From Octopus sinensis (Eukaryota), in assembly GCF_006345805.1 (NCBI RefSeq), contig NW_021833453.1, positions 1 to 64,000 on the forward strand: a stretch of 64,000 bases of DNA, read 5' to 3'. Position numbers and translations under genes: made by a program. Within the stretch, counting starts at the first letter, position 1. Each line of letters begins with the position of its first letter. The notes beneath the pieces are model-generated. The model saw nothing but the letters and a program-made list of their open reading frames with translations, had not been told where the DNA came from and searched no databases. Shown piece after piece: positions 60,601 to 64,000 of this stretch.

Positions 60601-63600
60601 AGATCACTAAGTTAGCAAAAGTTTTCAGGTTAGAAAATGTCAAAATATTGCATATGTGTACTTGAAAAACAACAAAAAATTTAGTGATCTCTAACCTAAA
60701 TATGAATTAACTGATTGATAAACAGCTTATATTTATCCAAGAGATCACTAAAATCTCAAAAGTTTTCAGGTAAGAAAATGTCAAATTATTGCATATGTGT
60801 ACTTGAAAAACAACAAAAAATTTAGTGATCTCTTAGCTAAATATAATTTAACAGATTGATAAAAAGCTTATATTTATCCAAGAGATCACTAAAATCTCAA
60901 AAGTTTTCAGGTTAGAAAATGTCAAAATATTGCATATGTGAACTTGAAAACAACAAAAAATTAGTGATCTCTTAGCTAAATATAAGTAACCTGAATGATG
61001 AAAAGCTTATATTTACCCAAGAGATCACTATCGCAAAATTTTCAGGTTACGAAATGTCAAAATATTGCATATGTGTACTTGAAAATCAACAAAAAATTTA
61101 GTGATCTAATAGCTAAATATAAGGTAACTGATTGATATAAAGCTGATATTTATCCAAGAGATCACTAAAATCTCAAAAGTTTTCAGGTGAGAAAATGTCA
61201 AAATATTGCATATGTGTACTTGAAAAACAACAAGAAATTTAGTGATCTCTTAGCTAAATATTAGTAAACTGAATGATAAAAAGCTTATATTTACCCAAGT
61301 GATCACTAACGCAAAGGTTTTCAGGTTATAAAATGTCAAAATATTGCATACGTTTACTTGAAAAACAACAAAAAATTTAATGATCTAATTGCTAAATATA
61401 AGTTAACTGATTGATAAAAAGCTTATAGTTATCCAAGAGATCACTAAAATCTCAAAAGTTTTTCAGGTTACAAAATGTCAAAAAATTGCCTATGTGTACT
61501 TGAAAAACAACAAAAAATTTAGTGATCTCTTAGCTAAATATGAATTAACTGATTGATAAACAGCTTATATTTATCCAACAGATCACTAAATTCTCAAAAG
61601 TTTTGAGGTCAGAATATGTCAAAATATTGCATATGTGTACTTGAAAAACAACAAAAAATTTAGTGATCTCTTAGATAAATATAAGTTAGCTGAATGATAA
61701 AAAGCTTAACCAAGAGATCACTAAGATAGCAAAAGTTTTCAGGTTAGAAACTGTCAAAATATTGCATATGTGTACTTGAAAAACAACAAAAAATTTAGTG
61801 ATCTCTTAGCTAAATATATGTTAACTGATTAATAAATAACTTATATTTATCCAAGAGATCACTAAAATCTCAAAAGTTTTCAGGTTAGAAAATGTCAAAA
61901 TATTGCATATGTGTCTTTGAAAAACAACAAAAAATTAAGTGATCTCTTAGCTAAAAATATGTTAACTGATTGAAAAAAAATCTTATATTTATCCAAGAGA
62001 TCACTAAAATCGCAAAGGTTTCAGGTTAGAAAATTTGAAAATATTGCATATGTGTACATGAAAAACAACAAAAAATTTAGTGATCTCTTAGCTAAATATA
62101 TCTTAACTGATTGATAAAAAGCTTATATTTATCCAAGAGATCACTAAAATCGCAAAAGTTTTCAGGTTAGAAAATGTCAAAATATTGCATATGTGTTCTT
62201 GAAAAACAACAAGAAATTTAGTGATCTCTTAGCGAAAAATAAATAAACTGAATGATAACAAGCTTATATTTATCGAAGAGATCACTAAAATCTCAAAAGT
62301 TTTTCAGGTTAGAAAATGTCAAAATATTGCATATGTGTACGTGAAAAACAACAAAATTTTAGAACTAAATATAAGTTAACTGATTGATAAAAGCTTATAC
62401 ATATCCAAGACATCACTAAAATGTCAAAAGTTTACAGGTTAGATAATGTCAAATATTGCATATGTGTACTTGAAAAACAACAAAGAATTTAGTGATCTCT
62501 TAGCTAAATATAAGTTAACTGATTGATAAAAACTTATATTTATCCAAGTGATCACTAAAATATCAATAGTTTTCAGGTTAGAAGATGTCAAAATATTGCA
62601 TATGTGTACTTGAAAAACAACAAAAAATTTAGTGATCTCATAGCTAAATATAAGTGAACTGATTGATAAAAACTTATATTTATCCTAGAGATCACTGAAA
62701 TCTCAATAGTTTTCAGGTTAGAAAATGTCAAATTATTGCATATGTTTACTTGAAAAACAACAAAAAATTTAGTGATCTCTCAGCTAAATACAAGTTAGCT
62801 GATTGATAAATAGCTTATATTTATCCAAGAGATCACTAACGCAAAAGTTTTCAGGTTACAAAATGTCAAAATATTGCATATGTGTACTTGAAATAAAGCA
62901 AAAAATTTAGTGATCTAATAGCTAAATATAAGGTAACTGATTGATAAAAAGCTGATATTTATCCAAGAGATCACTAAAATCTCAATAGTTTTCAGGTTAG
63001 AAAATGACAAAATATTGCATATATGTACTTGAAAAACAACAAAAAATTTACAGCTAAATATAAGTTAACTGATTGATAAAAAGCTGATATTTATCCAAGA
63101 GATCACTAAAATCACAAATGTTTTCAGGTTAAAAAACATCAAAATATTGCATAGGTGTACTTGAAAAACAACAAAAAATTTAGTGATCTCTTAGCTAAAT
63201 ATAAGTTAGCTGAGTGATAAAAAGCTTAACTAAGTGATCACAAAAATCGCAAAAGTTTTCAGGTTAGGAAATGTCAAAATATTGCATATGTGTACTTGAA
63301 AAACAACAAAAAATTTAGTGATCTAATAGCTAAATATAAGGTAACTGATTGATAAAAAGCTTATATTTATCCAAGAGATCACTAAAATCGCAAAAGTTTT
63401 CAGGCTAGAAAATGTCAAAATATTGCATATGTGTACTTGAAAAACAACAAAAAATTTCGAGCTAAATGTAAGTTAACTGATTGATAAAAAGCTTATATTG
63501 ATCCAAGAGATCACTAAAATCGCAAAAGTTTTCAGGTTAGAATATGTCAAAATATTGCATAGGTGTACTTGAAAAACAACAAAAAATTTATAGCTAAATA

Positions 63601-64000
63601 TAAGTTAACTAATTGATAAAAAGCTTATATTCATACAAGAGATCACTAAAATCTCAAAAGTTTTCACGTTAGAAAATGTAAAAATATTGCAAATGTGTAC
63701 TTGAAAAACAACAAAAAATTTAGAGATCTAATAGCTAAATGTAAGTTAACTGATTGATAAAAAGCTTATATTTATCCAAGAAATCACTAAAATCGCAAAA
63801 GTTTACAGGTTAGAAAATGTCAAAATATTGCAGATGTGTACTTGAAAAACAACAAAAAATTTAGTGATCTCTTATCTAAATATAAGTAAACTGAATGATG
63901 AAAAGCTTATATTTACCCAAGAGATCACTAAGGCAAAAGTTTTCAGGACAAAAATGTCAACATATTGCATATGTGTACTTGATAAACAAAAAATTTAGTG
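39687..64000 (+). repeat. 141-bp AT-rich satellite array (>24 kb, continues past the window end), with 132/134/138-bp deletion variants and higher-order repeats
   Basis: GTTTTCAGG recurs at 40109, 40250 and 40391. Consensus: gttttcaggttagaaaatgtcaaaatattgcatatgtgtacttgaaaaacaacaaaaaatttagtgatctcttagctaaatataagttaactgattgataaaaagcttatatttatccaagagatcactaaaatctcaaaa. Confidence 0.99.

Noticed and set aside
33089-64000. CRISPR-like regular repeats
   Set aside because: The monomers are contiguous with no unique spacers, no cas genes are present, and the context is eukaryotic.

Overview
Eukaryotic, AT-rich, microsatellite-dense DNA. The repeat landscape (RTE LINEs with (GAT)n tails, tRNA-derived SINEs, (TA)n tracts, TTAGGG repeats) suggests a coleoid cephalopod such as Octopus; this is inference only. 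The left ~28 kb holds the 3' five coding exons of a Golgi alpha-mannosidase II gene (MAN2A1/2-like, GH38; + strand, 11094-22392). Its introns and flanks are packed with decayed elements: Tc1/mariner, RTE LINEs carrying a PHD-type finger inside the RT region, SINEs, a non-autonomous Helitron, a Penelope-like RT remnant, and a Gmr1-order Gypsy remnant with its 3' LTR. Two long palindromes and one short insert carry type I hammerhead ribozyme folds of the Penelope-associated minimal kind, and two further decayed hammerheads are present. At ~28.1 kb an RTE copy is cut off mid-RT and the sequence turns purely repetitive: ~1.6 kb of degenerate (TTAGGG)n, a scrambled zone with an inverted (CCCTAA) block, and a 185-bp satellite in three blocks of alternating orientation. 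The 185-bp monomer translates into the C-terminus of an RTE-like LINE ORF. A >24-kb array of a 141-bp AT-rich satellite follows, with an internal dyad symmetry and higher-order repeats, and runs off the window end. All alignments and folds were done by eye; no searches were run.
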